From the IMG/VR virus record IMGVR_UViG_3300029288_000157: 64,000 nt of DNA. The stretch is one strand, 5' to 3'. The stretch comes from an uncultured virus (IMG/VR IMGVR_UViG_3300029288_000157). Lineage: Duplodnaviria; Heunggongvirae; Uroviricota; Caudoviricetes. The notes beneath the pieces are model-generated. The model made no database searches, was not told where the DNA came from, and was given only the letters and a program-made list of their open reading frames with translations. The position numbers and the translations under genes were made by a program. Shown here one piece after another: positions 1-10,861 of the stretch; the stretch's first letter is position 1, and every line of letters begins with the position of its first letter.

Positions 1-147
1 TACGATCCCACTCACGGCCACAAATGCTACTGCCTCGACGCATCCTTCTTTGACGAGTACAACCCTTCCCCCTACCCGTGTATATACAATGTAAACACAA
101 ACCACAAAACGCCAATGACCACCTATAAAAACGAAGAAGATGAGTAA
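1..147 (+). CDS. Partial hypothetical protein (5' end outside the window)
   Basis: Frame 1 is open from base 1 to TAA at 145-147, directly before the ATG at 150; same C-rich codon style as neighbouring genes. Confidence 0.5.
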   Translation, partial: YDPTHGHKCYCLDASFFDEYNPSPYPCIYNVNTNHKTPMTTYKNEEDE

Positions 148-149
148 TC

Positions 150-917
150 ATGACAACAAAAAACCCAACCAAAAAAGACCTCATAGCCCAGATCATAACC
201 CACGATCTAATCACCTGTTACGACACCTACAATTACTCTATCGAAGATCCTATCTCACCATTTAGAGACATATCCTTTATCACCTGTAATTACTGCCTCT
301 TTTCCGATTACGTAGGTGATACAGTTACTCGTTCAAACCAGCGCACCCTCTACTCCCTCCTAAAAGACCTTCCCGGTGTATCTGAAATGACATTAGGCTA
401 TAGTGGTGTACAAACTTGTATCAATTGCCCGTCCCTTACCAACTGGACAAAAACCCAATTACTCAACCTATTAGAAATCCTCGACAGCCTCACAGATTAT
501 CCCCTAATCGACGACGAAGACCTCTCCAACCTCGAAAGCGAAATATTTTCAGAATCGTGGGACAATTACATCGCATCCGACATCATCAGCGATCTTTCAA
601 AACTTATTGAAATAGAATCAGACACCATGATAGACCACATCGAAGCACAGCGCTTATACGATCTCTCTCAATCCCTAAACGAACTCGATTACCTCTATCT
701 ACCCCACAAAACCATAACCTCATATCGTCATGACCACCATACCCCACTCACCCTATCAGACACCTATTGGCTCTACGCCGATCAAACCTCCGACTACCCC
801 ATCTATGAATCAGCAACCAGCGCCTACATCGACACCGAAAAAGTAGCCAAATGGATACACGAAAATACAGAAATAATATACAAACCATCAACCCAAACCG
901 ACATAACCGACTACTAA
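150..917 (+). CDS. Hypothetical virus protein with C-terminal PIP-box-like motif (QTDITDY)
   Basis: 255 aa ORF with a YPLIDDED motif; C-terminus fits Qxx[ILM]xx[FY]. Confidence 0.7.
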   Translation: MTTKNPTKKDLIAQIITHDLITCYDTYNYSIEDPISPFRDISFITCNYCLFSDYVGDTVTRSNQRTLYSLLKDLPGVSEMTLGYSGVQTCINCPSLTNWTKTQLLNLLEILDSLTDYPLIDDEDLSNLESEIFSESWDNYIASDIISDLSKLIEIESDTMIDHIEAQRLYDLSQSLNELDYLYLPHKTITSYRHDHHTPLTLSDTYWLYADQTSDYPIYESATSAYIDTEKVAKWIHENTEIIYKPSTQTDITDY

Positions 918-1547
918 ACCCAAACACAAACCCAAACCATTAAATACTATCCCATATATACATTATATCTACAATTAAGCGCAAAACCAAAAGGAAACCA
1001 CATCATGACGCAAAAATACATCATTGAAATCGGCATCGAATCGGATCTGGATTCAAACAGCCTATCTTCAAAGATTCATAAACTTGAAAGATTTGGCACA
1101 TTCATGATCAAATATAGTAAAGTAAAAAAGATTGATCAATTTGATAATGACCTCATCCTCAACACATTATCACCTCATATCAACTCTACCCCAGAGCCAG
1201 AGATAAAATCATGACCTTACCAAACATTAAAGAAGCCTTCCCCAACATAACAAACCCGGAACTCATCGACTATCTCCAATGGGCCATCGAAAGAGAAGAT
1301 CTCACAATGGGACACACTGCATGGGGAGAACCTATACCACTCCTGCCTCCCAGTGAAATCATATACACCCTAATTAATTGGTGCGAAGAACTCTACAAAG
1401 AAAACCAAACCCTAAAAGGACTCAAACCATGACAACCCACTCACATTACCGATCAGATCCATATAGCCGCAACTACGCCATCGCAATCACGGCCACAGTC
1501 ACCACGATCACCTCACTGTTATATTTGTACATCCTAATTAATGGATC

Positions 1548-1589
1548 TTAAGGAGAGTGCCTCTCCTTAAAACCTACGCATTCCAAAAA
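1548..1589 (+). repeat. Dispersed hairpin element, TGC-triloop type
   Basis: Perfect 10-bp stem TTAAGGAGAG-TGC-CTCTCCTTAA followed by AACCTACGCATTCCAAAAA. Confidence 0.85.
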
Positions 1590-1644
1590 TCACGTAGAAA
1601 AATCGCCACAGAATCACGCAATTAGTAAATTAACATGCCAAAAA

Positions 1645-1757
1645 CGACGCCTCTGAATAAATTGAAAGAGAGGAGTAAACCAAGGTTTCCCCTTCTAACC
1701 CCTTCCTATTTATCCCTGTGCACATACCCATTAGTATTACCAACATATAAACTTTAT
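1645..1757 (+). promoter_or_regulatory. Composite dispersed element, copy 1 (degenerate left box, hairpin, GTGCACAT, TATA)
   Basis: GTGCAC at 1718, TATAAA at 1746; shares CATACCCATTAGTA...TATAAACTTTATG with the copy at 13.9 kb. Confidence 0.8.
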
Positions 1758-1836
1758 GATCACACATCAAACCAGAACAAATAAATACAATCACGAACAT
1801 ACAAAGTATCTACTAAAATTACAAGGAGCACAAACC

Positions 1837-2256
1837 ATGAGATCACAAGACGAAATTGTAAACCGCTACAAAACCATCTCCCCAAAAGACCTATTCGGCT
1901 TTGAATCAGACGAATACATTCCCTACCTGGATTACGAGCACGCCAAAGAATATCTAAAAGAAGGCACCACAGAAGAAGATTGGAATGCATCAATGGAAAC
2001 CCGTGATCCACACACCGTAATGAAAGATTACATGGGATTTGCGTGGGAGAAGGCCAATGACTGCCGTGGCATATCAGCATCCCGCTCTATCCAACACTAC
2101 GTCGCATGGCTCTGGTTAGCAGACGACAACGATCTCTGGGAAACCATCACATCTAATTACGAGCACTACGGTAAACCCCAACTCATCCAGATCTGTAACT
2201 ACCTCAACATCGATCCATCCCAGTACGACGACAAAATACGAACCAATTACGCCTAA
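1837..2256 (+). CDS. Hypothetical virus protein
   Basis: GGAG RBS before ATG 1837; protein-like sequence (FAWEKANDCRGISASRSI). Confidence 0.75.
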   Translation: MRSQDEIVNRYKTISPKDLFGFESDEYIPYLDYEHAKEYLKEGTTEEDWNASMETRDPHTVMKDYMGFAWEKANDCRGISASRSIQHYVAWLWLADDNDLWETITSNYEHYGKPQLIQICNYLNIDPSQYDDKIRTNYA

Positions 2257-2455
2257 ACCAAAGAGATCAAACCATGAAATTTACCCTATCAATCAAAACA
2301 CCTAAAATCACTTGCCCAAAATGCAACTCTCAAAACTTTACCAAGTGCGAATACTACCACTTCCTATTCACAATCAAGCAATGGTATGTATGTAACATAT
2401 GCACTCATAAATTCCCAGTAACTAACATAAAACTCTCTAATCTTTGGAGAAAATT

Positions 2456-2632
2456 ATGACACCAAAACGCACGCCACCCCAGATCTCCCAACAGCCCTTC
2501 ACGACCATCACATCAGGCTACGCCATCCTCGACAAAACCGTAGGCACATCAAAGAAAGGCAACAGCGCCTATCTCTACCTGCCCCTCGACTTCGCAGGCA
2601 AACAAGTCCGCGTGATATTATTAGAGCACTAG
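2456..2632 (+). CDS. DUF2080-like small protein (AbrB-like swapped hairpin, common in methanogens)
   Basis: Motif KTVG...GNSAYLYLP.DF.GKQVRVILLE. Confidence 0.7.
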   Translation: MTPKRTPPQISQQPFTTITSGYAILDKTVGTSKKGNSAYLYLPLDFAGKQVRVILLEH

Positions 2633-2878
2633 GAGATGCCACCATGACTTCAAACCACCACCTCTTCATCTTCCAAGACGAAGTAAAGCACTGGCACGGC
2701 ATAAAAGAAACTCCATCAGGCCGAGCCTCTATCTTCAAACCAACCCTCACCCAAGACAACAACATCAAATGGACTCATGACTTCTATTCCATTTACACTC
2801 CCAATTACTTCGAGCACACCTATGCCCTACTCGACTACACCCCCTGCGTCCACGACACCATGATAATTAAGGACAACT

Positions 2879-2916
2879 GGAGGGGAGGTTCAAACACTCC
2901 CCTTCCAACCCCTAGT
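2879..2916 (+). repeat. Dispersed hairpin element, GGGGA..AACACTCCCCTT..AACCCCTAG type
   Basis: GGAGGGGAG stem pairs with CTCCCCTTCC, followed by AACCCCTAGT; close to the copies at 22.8 and 32.8 kb. Confidence 0.8.
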
Positions 2917-3131
2917 AGAGACGATGAATAGAGAAAATAGAAAGAGAGAATACCCATGATAATTACAATCCTTTACAAAGACGGAAGATTTGAACGACCC
3001 GACGTATCAAGTTATGAATTAAAAAACGGTTGGTTAAGTCTTACTCCAACCATAAACTACGCCCACGAAACACCTAAATACAGATCAATCCCATCTGATC
3101 TCATAGAAGAAGTATACATTGGATTTAACAG

Positions 3132-4457
3132 ATGACTTCACAAACCCCACCCATCTACAAGCCCATCCTATTCAATCCCCAACCCCTCAAGGACAAACCA
3201 TCACCCCTACGCATCGACCCACCCCAGACCACCTACCAGCGCTACCTCAACCTAGCCACCAACATCCACCGCATCAAGCACAGCAAAGCAGCAACCCCAA
3301 AAACCCCATTACGCATCTGTCTCAATTGTGGCACCCTCTTCCGCTCAACCACCCGCAACACTGAATACTGCTCCCCTCGCTGTTTCAATCACCACCGCTA
3401 CAACCCAACCACTCCCACCACAACCTCATGGTGCGCACTAGGCAACTTCATCATCAACGACCTTCAACACATGAAAATATGCTGCCCTGACGACGACTGC
3501 CACTGCCAGTTCAACCTAATCAAACCCACCAAGGCCATCTTCAAGTGCATCATCTGTCACACATACCACCGCTCCTTACGCAACCCACTCGTGTGTTCCC
3601 AAGAATGCGCCCATGCCTTCAATTCCATCCCCGCCAAAGAACGAAACAAAATGCTTCCCACCATAACCCACCTCCTAGACAACGCCCACGAAGAATTCCA
3701 CATTTTCGCCCTCATTGCCCAAGATACCCCCAATGATAGAGGCTACCTCAAATCCCTCACCCTCGAAATTAACCCCCTCGTCCTCAAGGATTACGCCGAA
3801 AACAACACCCTATCAACCCCCACCGCAACCATCTCCCGCTATTTGGGCAACTGCCTCCTCATCCAGCAAAACATTTATATAGGAGTAGAAGGAAACCAAG
3901 TTCCACCTCAATCAACCGCCCCCTATAACTCCAACCCCATCGTCCTTCACGCCATCAGAAAGATCCATCACGAAACGCCCCCATCCAACACATGCTATCA
4001 CACCAACATCTCCTCATCCAACCCCAACCCGCGACGCCAACCCTACATCATCCCATCAGACCCCCCATTCCCACTCATTTACCCACTCGAACTTCAAGTC
4101 ATCGCTTATCGTCTCCTATTCATCTCCCAATCAATTTCCTACCTCGCAACCGCCATACCCATAGCAACCGCAACCCTACCCCGTATCCACCTCAAAAACC
4201 CATCCCAAGATCTATTCCACCTCAATTGCGCCCAACTCAACAAGATCCTAACCAACATCACCACCCTAAACGACGCACCCATCCCCACATCCTTCAATTA
4301 CCCCCTCTATCTCACCACCAAGTCAGCCCTCAATCACATCCCAACCGCGCTCCCCAGTTTCAACCCCGAATCACAGTCCTTTGAAGAATTCAACGACATT
4401 CCACTCTGCACCGATAAGCAACCCCTCCACAACCTCACCGACGTATACACATTGTAA
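3132..4457 (+). CDS. Hypothetical Cys-rich protein (repeated CxxC...CSxxC putative Zn motifs)
   Basis: 441 aa ORF with CLNCG...YCSPRC and CIICH...VCSQEC; extremely C-rich DNA, so the C-terminal half is less certain. Confidence 0.55.
   Translation: MTSQTPPIYKPILFNPQPLKDKPSPLRIDPPQTTYQRYLNLATNIHRIKHSKAATPKTPLRICLNCGTLFRSTTRNTEYCSPRCFNHHRYNPTTPTTTSWCALGNFIINDLQHMKICCPDDDCHCQFNLIKPTKAIFKCIICHTYHRSLRNPLVCSQECAHAFNSIPAKERNKMLPTITHLLDNAHEEFHIFALIAQDTPNDRGYLKSLTLEINPLVLKDYAENNTLSTPTATISRYLGNCLLIQQNIYIGVEGNQVPPQSTAPYNSNPIVLHAIRKIHHETPPSNTCYHTNISSSNPNPRRQPYIIPSDPPFPLIYPLELQVIAYRLLFISQSISYLATAIPIATATLPRIHLKNPSQDLFHLNCAQLNKILTNITTLNDAPIPTSFNYPLYLTTKSALNHIPTALPSFNPESQSFEEFNDIPLCTDKQPLHNLTDVYTL
3881..3917 (+). 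repeat. Degenerate hairpin element inside a C-rich ORF
   Basis: Purine island AGGAGTAGAAGGAAAC-CAA-GTTCCACCT resembles the hairpin at 1668-1703; preceded by TTTATATA. Confidence 0.45.
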
Positions 4458-4492
4458 CCATACAATTATATACTTCAAAAACCCACATTATA

Positions 4493-4670
4493 CACAGCAC
4501 AATCACGCCGATGAGTATTCAAGCCCCGCAGGTGCCACAACCAACAGCCTGTTTGAATATGATTAATAAGCCCCACTCATTATTGCTCAAATTGTTGGTC
4601 GAACGAACGACTGAACGCACCACATGGTAAGGCATCGGCTCACTACCAAGCCTTACAATCCACAGCACAA
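4493..4670 (+). ncRNA. Candidate structured non-coding RNA or 5' leader
   Basis: Intergenic, downstream of TTATATA (4466), with several complementary segments and a flanking 10-bp direct repeat CACAGCACAA. Confidence 0.45.
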
Positions 4671-4708
4671 ACAACCGAACACCCCAACCACAAAAGGAGA
4701 ACTAAACC

Positions 4709-4996
4709 ATGTTACATGATATACCACACCCACTCGCAGGAAAGACAGTAAAGATCAAAACCCACGTAACCCACCCACAAGACCCAAACTTCGGAGGCGC
4801 TGACTTCACTATCGAAGACTGGGCTGATCGCGTATTTGGAAAATCATGGATGTTTATGGACGGCCACCCGGCATCACTCATCTACGCCATGAGATCTGCC
4901 TTTTCAGAAATTCCAATCCCCACTGACGATGAAGTAGTTTACGGAAAAGTAGGCTGCCTCGGTCACATCCTCCACATATCAGAACTCGAACTATAA
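4709..4996 (+). CDS. Hypothetical virus protein
   Basis: AGGAG RBS; HPLAGKTV...EDWADRV...DDEVVYGK. Confidence 0.75.
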   Translation: MLHDIPHPLAGKTVKIKTHVTHPQDPNFGGADFTIEDWADRVFGKSWMFMDGHPASLIYAMRSAFSEIPIPTDDEVVYGKVGCLGHILHISELEL

Positions 4997-5384
4997 AAGG
5001 AGAATAAGCACGATGATACTTATAGACATTGCGTTTGTAACAGCAGTATTAATTACCATATATGCATTTTATTGCTTGACAGTGTATATATTCCAACCAA
5101 AATGCAGCGTATTGACCGTATATGAAGTAATGGATGACATAGGTGAATTTATAATATATGGCTTTTCCGTTACACTAGGATGCACATTCATTACTGTGAT
5201 AACTTACTATTATTATCTATAAACCTATCAATGCACGTAGCAATCCACCACTAAAAGGAGACCAACATCATGCCACACTACATAATTTACTACACCTCTT
5301 ATGCCGAGGTAGACGCCTCCAGCGAAGAAGATGCCCTCTGTATAGACACTGACAACCAAATTATGCAAAACATAGAAGTAGCCG

Positions 5385-5771
5385 ATGTCCAACAAGACGA
5401 TTAAAACCACAAAAATGAGAACCATGCCGTCACTAAAACAAATAAACAAACGTCTCAACAAAACCGAACATGCCGTATTGACCTACCAGGAAGACCTATT
5501 AAACCCATGCGCCGCGTGCCACTCCACCAACATTAAGATCCTAACCACTCTTAATTGCCTCCAAGATGTCAGCGCAATCCAGTCCAACGACTACGTATTA
5601 TGCAAATGTCAGGACTGCGGCACCTCATCCGCCAAGATCTACGCCGACCAACCACAGCAATCATTCGCCACGCTGCTCTATCGCGCAATCGAAGCCTGGA
5701 ACAACAGTAACCACACACCACCAAAGAAATTCGACAAAGGCCCGGTTCCAAAGTCATTCAAAATGAGATAA
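5385..5771 (+). CDS. Lar (restriction alleviation)-like Zn-finger protein
   Basis: LNPCAAC...CQDCG...AIEAWN pattern. Confidence 0.55.
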   Translation: MSNKTIKTTKMRTMPSLKQINKRLNKTEHAVLTYQEDLLNPCAACHSTNIKILTTLNCLQDVSAIQSNDYVLCKCQDCGTSSAKIYADQPQQSFATLLYRAIEAWNNSNHTPPKKFDKGPVPKSFKMR

Positions 5772-5822
5772 CCAATCAGCAGAAAAGAACGCGCCAATCT
5801 CTGCCCGCAATGTGCTTAAAAT

Positions 5823-5926
5823 CGGCGTCAACAAAATGAAAAGGAGGGGCAACAAAGTTTCCCCTTCCATCCCCTTCATTTCGCCTTGGTGCACATACAA
5901 GTGCGTCTTGCCAACATATAAACCTT
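5823..5926 (+). promoter_or_regulatory. Composite dispersed element, copy 2
   Basis: CGGCGTCAACAAA (5823), hairpin, GTGCAC (5889), TATAAA (5917). Confidence 0.85.
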
Positions 5927-5958
5927 ACGGAGAACACTACAACCAAAGGAGAACCACC

Positions 5959-6339
5959 ATGCACGTAACACTCTACCAAATCCCCTTCTCGGAATTCCTA
6001 GAAACCCAACTTCAAGATCTCGTTATCAACCCCACCACCGAAATGATCCTGTCTCACAAAGACTCCAAACTTTTCATCATCTGTTTCAGATCCTACCTCA
6101 CCGAACTCACAACCTACCCAAACCCCCATACTGTAACCCACACCGCTTTAGTCATAGACTCACCCACCTCAGCTCACATAAACCTCTTCCCCATCTCCCT
6201 CCACTTCACCCACAACGAGGCCATCAAGTTCCTCAACACCTTCATAACCCTCTGCTACACCACCCACCCCGACAACAAACACCTCATCAGTCAACTCTAC
6301 TCGATCAGACACCTCATAACCCCATCAGGAGAACCATAA
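5959..6339 (+). CDS. Hypothetical protein
   Basis: AGGAG RBS before ATG 5959, downstream of the element's TATA box. Confidence 0.6.
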   Translation: MHVTLYQIPFSEFLETQLQDLVINPTTEMILSHKDSKLFIICFRSYLTELTTYPNPHTVTHTALVIDSPTSAHINLFPISLHFTHNEAIKFLNTFITLCYTTHPDNKHLISQLYSIRHLITPSGEP

Positions 6340-6672
6340 TGGTAAAATATTGTGATTATTATCCTAAATCATCATGTCCATATAATGAACCAATTCCATA
6401 TGAACTTGGAAAGAAGATAGAAAGGTATGATTTGAAATATAATAATTGTGTACATATGTATAATAAACGCGGTAAACGCAATGTGTATTCAAGATGTAAT
6501 TTAGGAGGAAGACTATGGTAATAGGAGCCGTATCAAACCAAATCATCCAGAACACCAACCAAATAGGCCAAACAGATCCCTATCTCGCCTCCCTGCTCGG
6601 CATCGGAATAATCATAATAGGTATAGCCTTCTTCCTAGCAATCCTATTAGACAAACTACGAAGTGACAAATC

Positions 6673-7317
6673 ATGACCAAAGAATTTGAAAAATTAATTG
6701 ATTGTAATCACTATCATCCTGGAGGATTTGTAGGATTTTGTACCACATTCAACAGATCCTCATTAATATGTGATTATAATACCATTCAACAGCGAATGAA
6801 ATGTATGTATAATCATAACAAACTAAAACACGCCATCATTGCCCCACCAAAAGAAGGAACGACTAAAATGACACCACACATCCCAAACCCCACTACAAGT
6901 AAGCGCCTGCCTCTTGTATTCAATCCTTTACTGAAGGACGACATGAACAGCCCACAGACCACCACCCCACAGCAGAGCACCAATTCCCACCTCGCAAAGA
7001 TCCACGCAAAGAAGATCCTCGTCCGAGGCGAACCACGTTTCGAAATCACAGGCTTCGAGAACATCATTGATTATGAGGATTTACCAAGAGAATATGTTGC
7101 TGCCAAACCACACTTTTACATGGATGAACTCACCCTCAAAATCCGTGGAATACGTTTAGTTCAGAACTGTTCAAAACACTCTCAAATGTCAAAAGAATCC
7201 TTTGAAGAAATGATTCAGGTAATGAAAGAATGTGGAACTCGGCTCACTAAAATCAACGCCCAGATCAAGGAGCGAGCCAAAAAGTTCGACGGGTCAGAGA
7301 TAACCATCACCATCTAA
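6673..7317 (+). CDS. Hypothetical protein
   Basis: 214 aa ORF; an internal RBS plus ATG near 6868 suggests it may be two fused genes. Confidence 0.55.
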   Translation: MTKEFEKLIDCNHYHPGGFVGFCTTFNRSSLICDYNTIQQRMKCMYNHNKLKHAIIAPPKEGTTKMTPHIPNPTTSKRLPLVFNPLLKDDMNSPQTTTPQQSTNSHLAKIHAKKILVRGEPRFEITGFENIIDYEDLPREYVAAKPHFYMDELTLKIRGIRLVQNCSKHSQMSKESFEEMIQVMKECGTRLTKINAQIKERAKKFDGSEITITI

Positions 7318-7318
7318 G

Positions 7319-7366
7319 GAAAAGGATAGTGCCTATCCTTTTCAATCCTACGCCATTCTAAAAAGA
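7319..7366 (+). repeat. Dispersed hairpin element, TGC-triloop type
   Basis: Perfect 11-bp stem GAAAAGGATAG-TGC-CTATCCTTTTC, then AATCCTACGCCATTCTAAAAAG. Confidence 0.85.
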
Positions 7367-8888
7367 AGCGAGAAATCATGTCATCAAAATACACCGACAC
7401 CAGAACCATAGAAGACATCGTAGCAGAGTATTCAGAAAATGTTGTAACTAGGTATATAGGCAACAGTTTAGTTGACTCACATATCTACCCACCAACAAAC
7501 ATTCATCTATTAAAGTCAGAAGATTTACTAGATGGAATAAAAATGCACATCGAGTCACTAAACTATTCGCCATATAACCAAGCGTTATCAACAAGAATAA
7601 TAAGATTAACTACAATCATCATGCAATTATATATGCTACTAGAGACAACATATTATCAAGACTACTTGGAATACCTTGAAAATGACGAACAATAAAAGGA
7701 GAACTAACCATGAGTTACATGAGATATGGTCATGAATTAAAGTTTTTTCACAACATCAATAGTGAAATTTATGCATATGGAACATTAGACACCAAAAGTA
7801 ACAATCACTTCATTATACATGATCCACTTAATGATGTCAACGACGAGAATATTATTAATTTAATAGGAAAACTACTTATTCGATTTATAAACCGTGAAAT
7901 GCCAGTAGAAAAAACATTTTATCATGGAAAGGAACAAATAAGAACACCAGACTACAAGTTCGTCTATGAAATTATACAAGAACTTTCAACACGACTTGGG
8001 ACCAACTTAAATCTAAAAGACTTTAATACATCATTTGCAGACGAACTTGAGTATATGCAATGGAAACTTGAAGAACTACAAACTGAAGAAAACGAGGGGT
8101 AAAAACATGAATGAAATTGATTCAATTAGTTTAATTATATCTGTGATGATACTTACAGCATGTATAGTATTGAGTTATATTGAACGAAACCTTCCATCTA
8201 TGATCGGATGGATAACAGCCTTTGGACGGATGCTAATCGCATATAGTAGACTGTAAGAGGTTGGTCCCTGCCATGGATTACACAACCACAACAGAACGCC
8301 ACCGCAAGATCCGACTCGCTGCAAAGAAGGCCAAAGTCCAGCGCACTTACAACGCCCACGACATCATCATAGTGGCCTTCAGAAAGATCGCCAAATCCAA
8401 AACCACCCCACCGCACACCACAATCGAAAGTCTCACCAAAACCTGCGGCACCCAACACAACATCAAGTCTATAATCAACTCATCCAAAGACCTCACTTTC
8501 ATTCCAAACAAACCCAACCTAATCACATTTAGTTACTTGATCAATCAAAAGGAGAACCCACAATGACAACCCCACCAATCTATGAAATCAAAGGCATCTA
8601 CCAATCGAAGTCCAAACCACCACCATTACCAGAACCCATCCCCATTTTCCTGAAACTCGAACCCTCATACAGCACCCTAGGAGATTCACCAAATTCTTAC
8701 GAACTGCGAGTGGTAGACGAAGACGATCATACTCTTGCTACAATCATCGAACTTGTAAAAAATCAGGAAGGAACATTTTACGTAGAGTTAAAGCGAATAG
8801 GCACTAACACTAACTTGCCGCTTGAAACAGACAGGGAAGGAGACATCCAATCCATGTATGAATCATGCTCCGATGACAGGAGATAATC

Positions 8889-9860
8889 ATGCCAGTAACA
8901 ACAACACCACCAACTCCCAACAATTTCAACCTCACTCGTCTCTCCGAAATGATCCTACCCGAATCCATATCCAACCAAGTCCAACTAATTATCCAATCCT
9001 CCAGACGAACCCAACGCCTTCCAGGGCATATCATGTTAGACGGCATAGCAGGCGGGGGCAAGACCACGCTAGCCAACATCATAGGCAACGAGTTAGGCAT
9101 CGAAATGATCCAATGCGGTATCAGCACCGATTACACGCAACTTCTAGTCAAACTCTTCAACGAGTACAGACCCAAGAAGAACGTCATCCCCCGCCGCATA
9201 TACTTCATCGACGAAGCCCACGCACTCCCCAAAGCGGTCTATGAAATGCTCCTCACCGTCCTCGAAAACAACACCATAGCCCTCTCAAAAAACGGCGTCA
9301 ACCGCAACTTCGATCTCCCACCCTCCACTTGGATAATCGCAACAACCAATCCTGAACAAATCGGCACCCCCTTCAAGAACCGATTCCGTCATCACATAAC
9401 CTTTTATCCCTACGACCAACCAAACATGGAGCAAATCGCTACCCGCAACCTCAAGAAGTTCAACCTGACCCTTGACCAACCCTCAATCTCGATGCTCGCT
9501 AAAATCAGCCGCCAAACTCCCCGAACCCTCAACGGCATAATCCTAAACCTCATCGACTACACGAGCCTCATCAACACCACTGTCATCACGACCACTATTT
9601 TCAACGATTTCATGCGTTACATAGGAATCGATCAATACGGCCTATCAGAACGTGACAGACTGGTGATCCGTGCCCTAGGCGAAGGACTCAACCTCAACGC
9701 TCTGCCACTCCGCACCCTCGCAACCAACACAGGCATCGACGAACAAACTCTCAAGGAAACAGTTGAACCCTACCTCGTCCGCACTGGTGTCATTCTCATC
9801 ACAACCCGAGGCCGCACCCTCACCCAGTACGGAAGCGAACTTTACAAAGAGTTATCATAG
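8889..9860 (+). CDS. ruvB: RuvB-like Holliday junction branch-migration AAA+ ATPase
   Basis: GIAGGGKTTLA Walker A, FIDEAH Walker B, LPPSTWIIATT, NRF Arg finger, TPR sensor 2, and RuvB C-terminal GL...VEPYL...TTRGR domain. Confidence 0.9.
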   Translation: MPVTTTPPTPNNFNLTRLSEMILPESISNQVQLIIQSSRRTQRLPGHIMLDGIAGGGKTTLANIIGNELGIEMIQCGISTDYTQLLVKLFNEYRPKKNVIPRRIYFIDEAHALPKAVYEMLLTVLENNTIALSKNGVNRNFDLPPSTWIIATTNPEQIGTPFKNRFRHHITFYPYDQPNMEQIATRNLKKFNLTLDQPSISMLAKISRQTPRTLNGIILNLIDYTSLINTTVITTTIFNDFMRYIGIDQYGLSERDRLVIRALGEGLNLNALPLRTLATNTGIDEQTLKETVEPYLVRTGVILITTRGRTLTQYGSELYKELS

Positions 9861-9861
9861 A

Positions 9862-9897
9862 GGAGAGGGGAAGGTACCCTCCCCCTTCTAACCCCCA
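9862..9897 (+). repeat. Dispersed hairpin element, TAC triloop
   Basis: GAGGGGAAGG-TAC-CCTCCCCCTTC, then TAACCCCC and a purine tract. Confidence 0.8.
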
Positions 9898-9942
9898 TGC
9901 TAGGAGAGAGAAAGGAAAAAAGTTAGACGAGGAGAAGAAACT

Positions 9943-10380
9943 ATGACAGAGATTAAAGACCCAACAGAACAATTACACTTACCTACTTGGAAAATAGCAG
10001 ATACTATAAGAAATTGTGGATACGAACATGAAGAACTCTATTATGGATCATATATTAAAACTTATTATTTAGACTACAATACGTTTCATTTCACCATACC
10101 AGACCATTACTCATGCAGTGAATATGATTTATATTTTAGACATGGACTGTTCAAGAAAAGCAAAGTCATATCAAAGTCAGAATGGTGTAAAGACATCGAC
10201 CCTTGGACAAAAGAGTTAATCTTAAAATCAATTAATGAGATGTTAGCGCATTACGACAAAAAACGTGATATCAAAAGTAAACAATCTTGGACACGTCAGA
10301 AACAACAAAAACAGAAACGAGTAGAGCAGCGCCAGAAAGCCCTTGAAAAACTAAAAACCCACCTGCAGGAGAAATCATGA
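9943..10380 (+). CDS. Hypothetical protein with C-terminal coiled coil (possible paralog family)
   Basis: GAGGAG RBS; WCKDIDPWTKELILKSINE motif and charged tail. Confidence 0.65.
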   Translation: MTEIKDPTEQLHLPTWKIADTIRNCGYEHEELYYGSYIKTYYLDYNTFHFTIPDHYSCSEYDLYFRHGLFKKSKVISKSEWCKDIDPWTKELILKSINEMLAHYDKKRDIKSKQSWTRQKQQKQKRVEQRQKALEKLKTHLQEKS

Positions 10381-10861
10381 CCCACCCTTTAACACAAAAC
10401 GAAGCCTCCCCAGTAATTTTACGACCCGTGAGAGGAACAACCATATACGACGAATGGCTCTCCGGCACATGCCATGCATGTAAATGGAACTGTGATTTTG
10501 ATTTATTTCGAAGTGGAGATAATTTAGAATTAAAATCTTTTAGGAAAGACGCAGATCCATCGATTTGTACATCCGTAATACACGGTGCGTTATCAAAAGA
10601 TTTCTCCACAGATGAATTGTATAGTGGATTAACATTTTCTTTATCATGTGGACAAATTAAATGCTCCTTCGATATAGTAGTTGATAAATCATGAAACGAA
10701 CCAACCCGACTAAACTCGACCTCTACGGCACCGCTATATGTTCATCTATCGTTCTCATTGTAGCCATTGCATCTCATAGTCTTCCAGTTATCCTAATGGG
10801 ATTAATTATCGCAGTAGGATTTGTAGCATCTATCCTTTACAACATGGAGGAGGGATAAATT

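Noticed and set aside
4507..4620. Hammerhead ribozyme (CCGATGAG resembles CUGAUGA)
   Set aside because: The core has a mismatch and there is no correctly placed GAAA after stem II.
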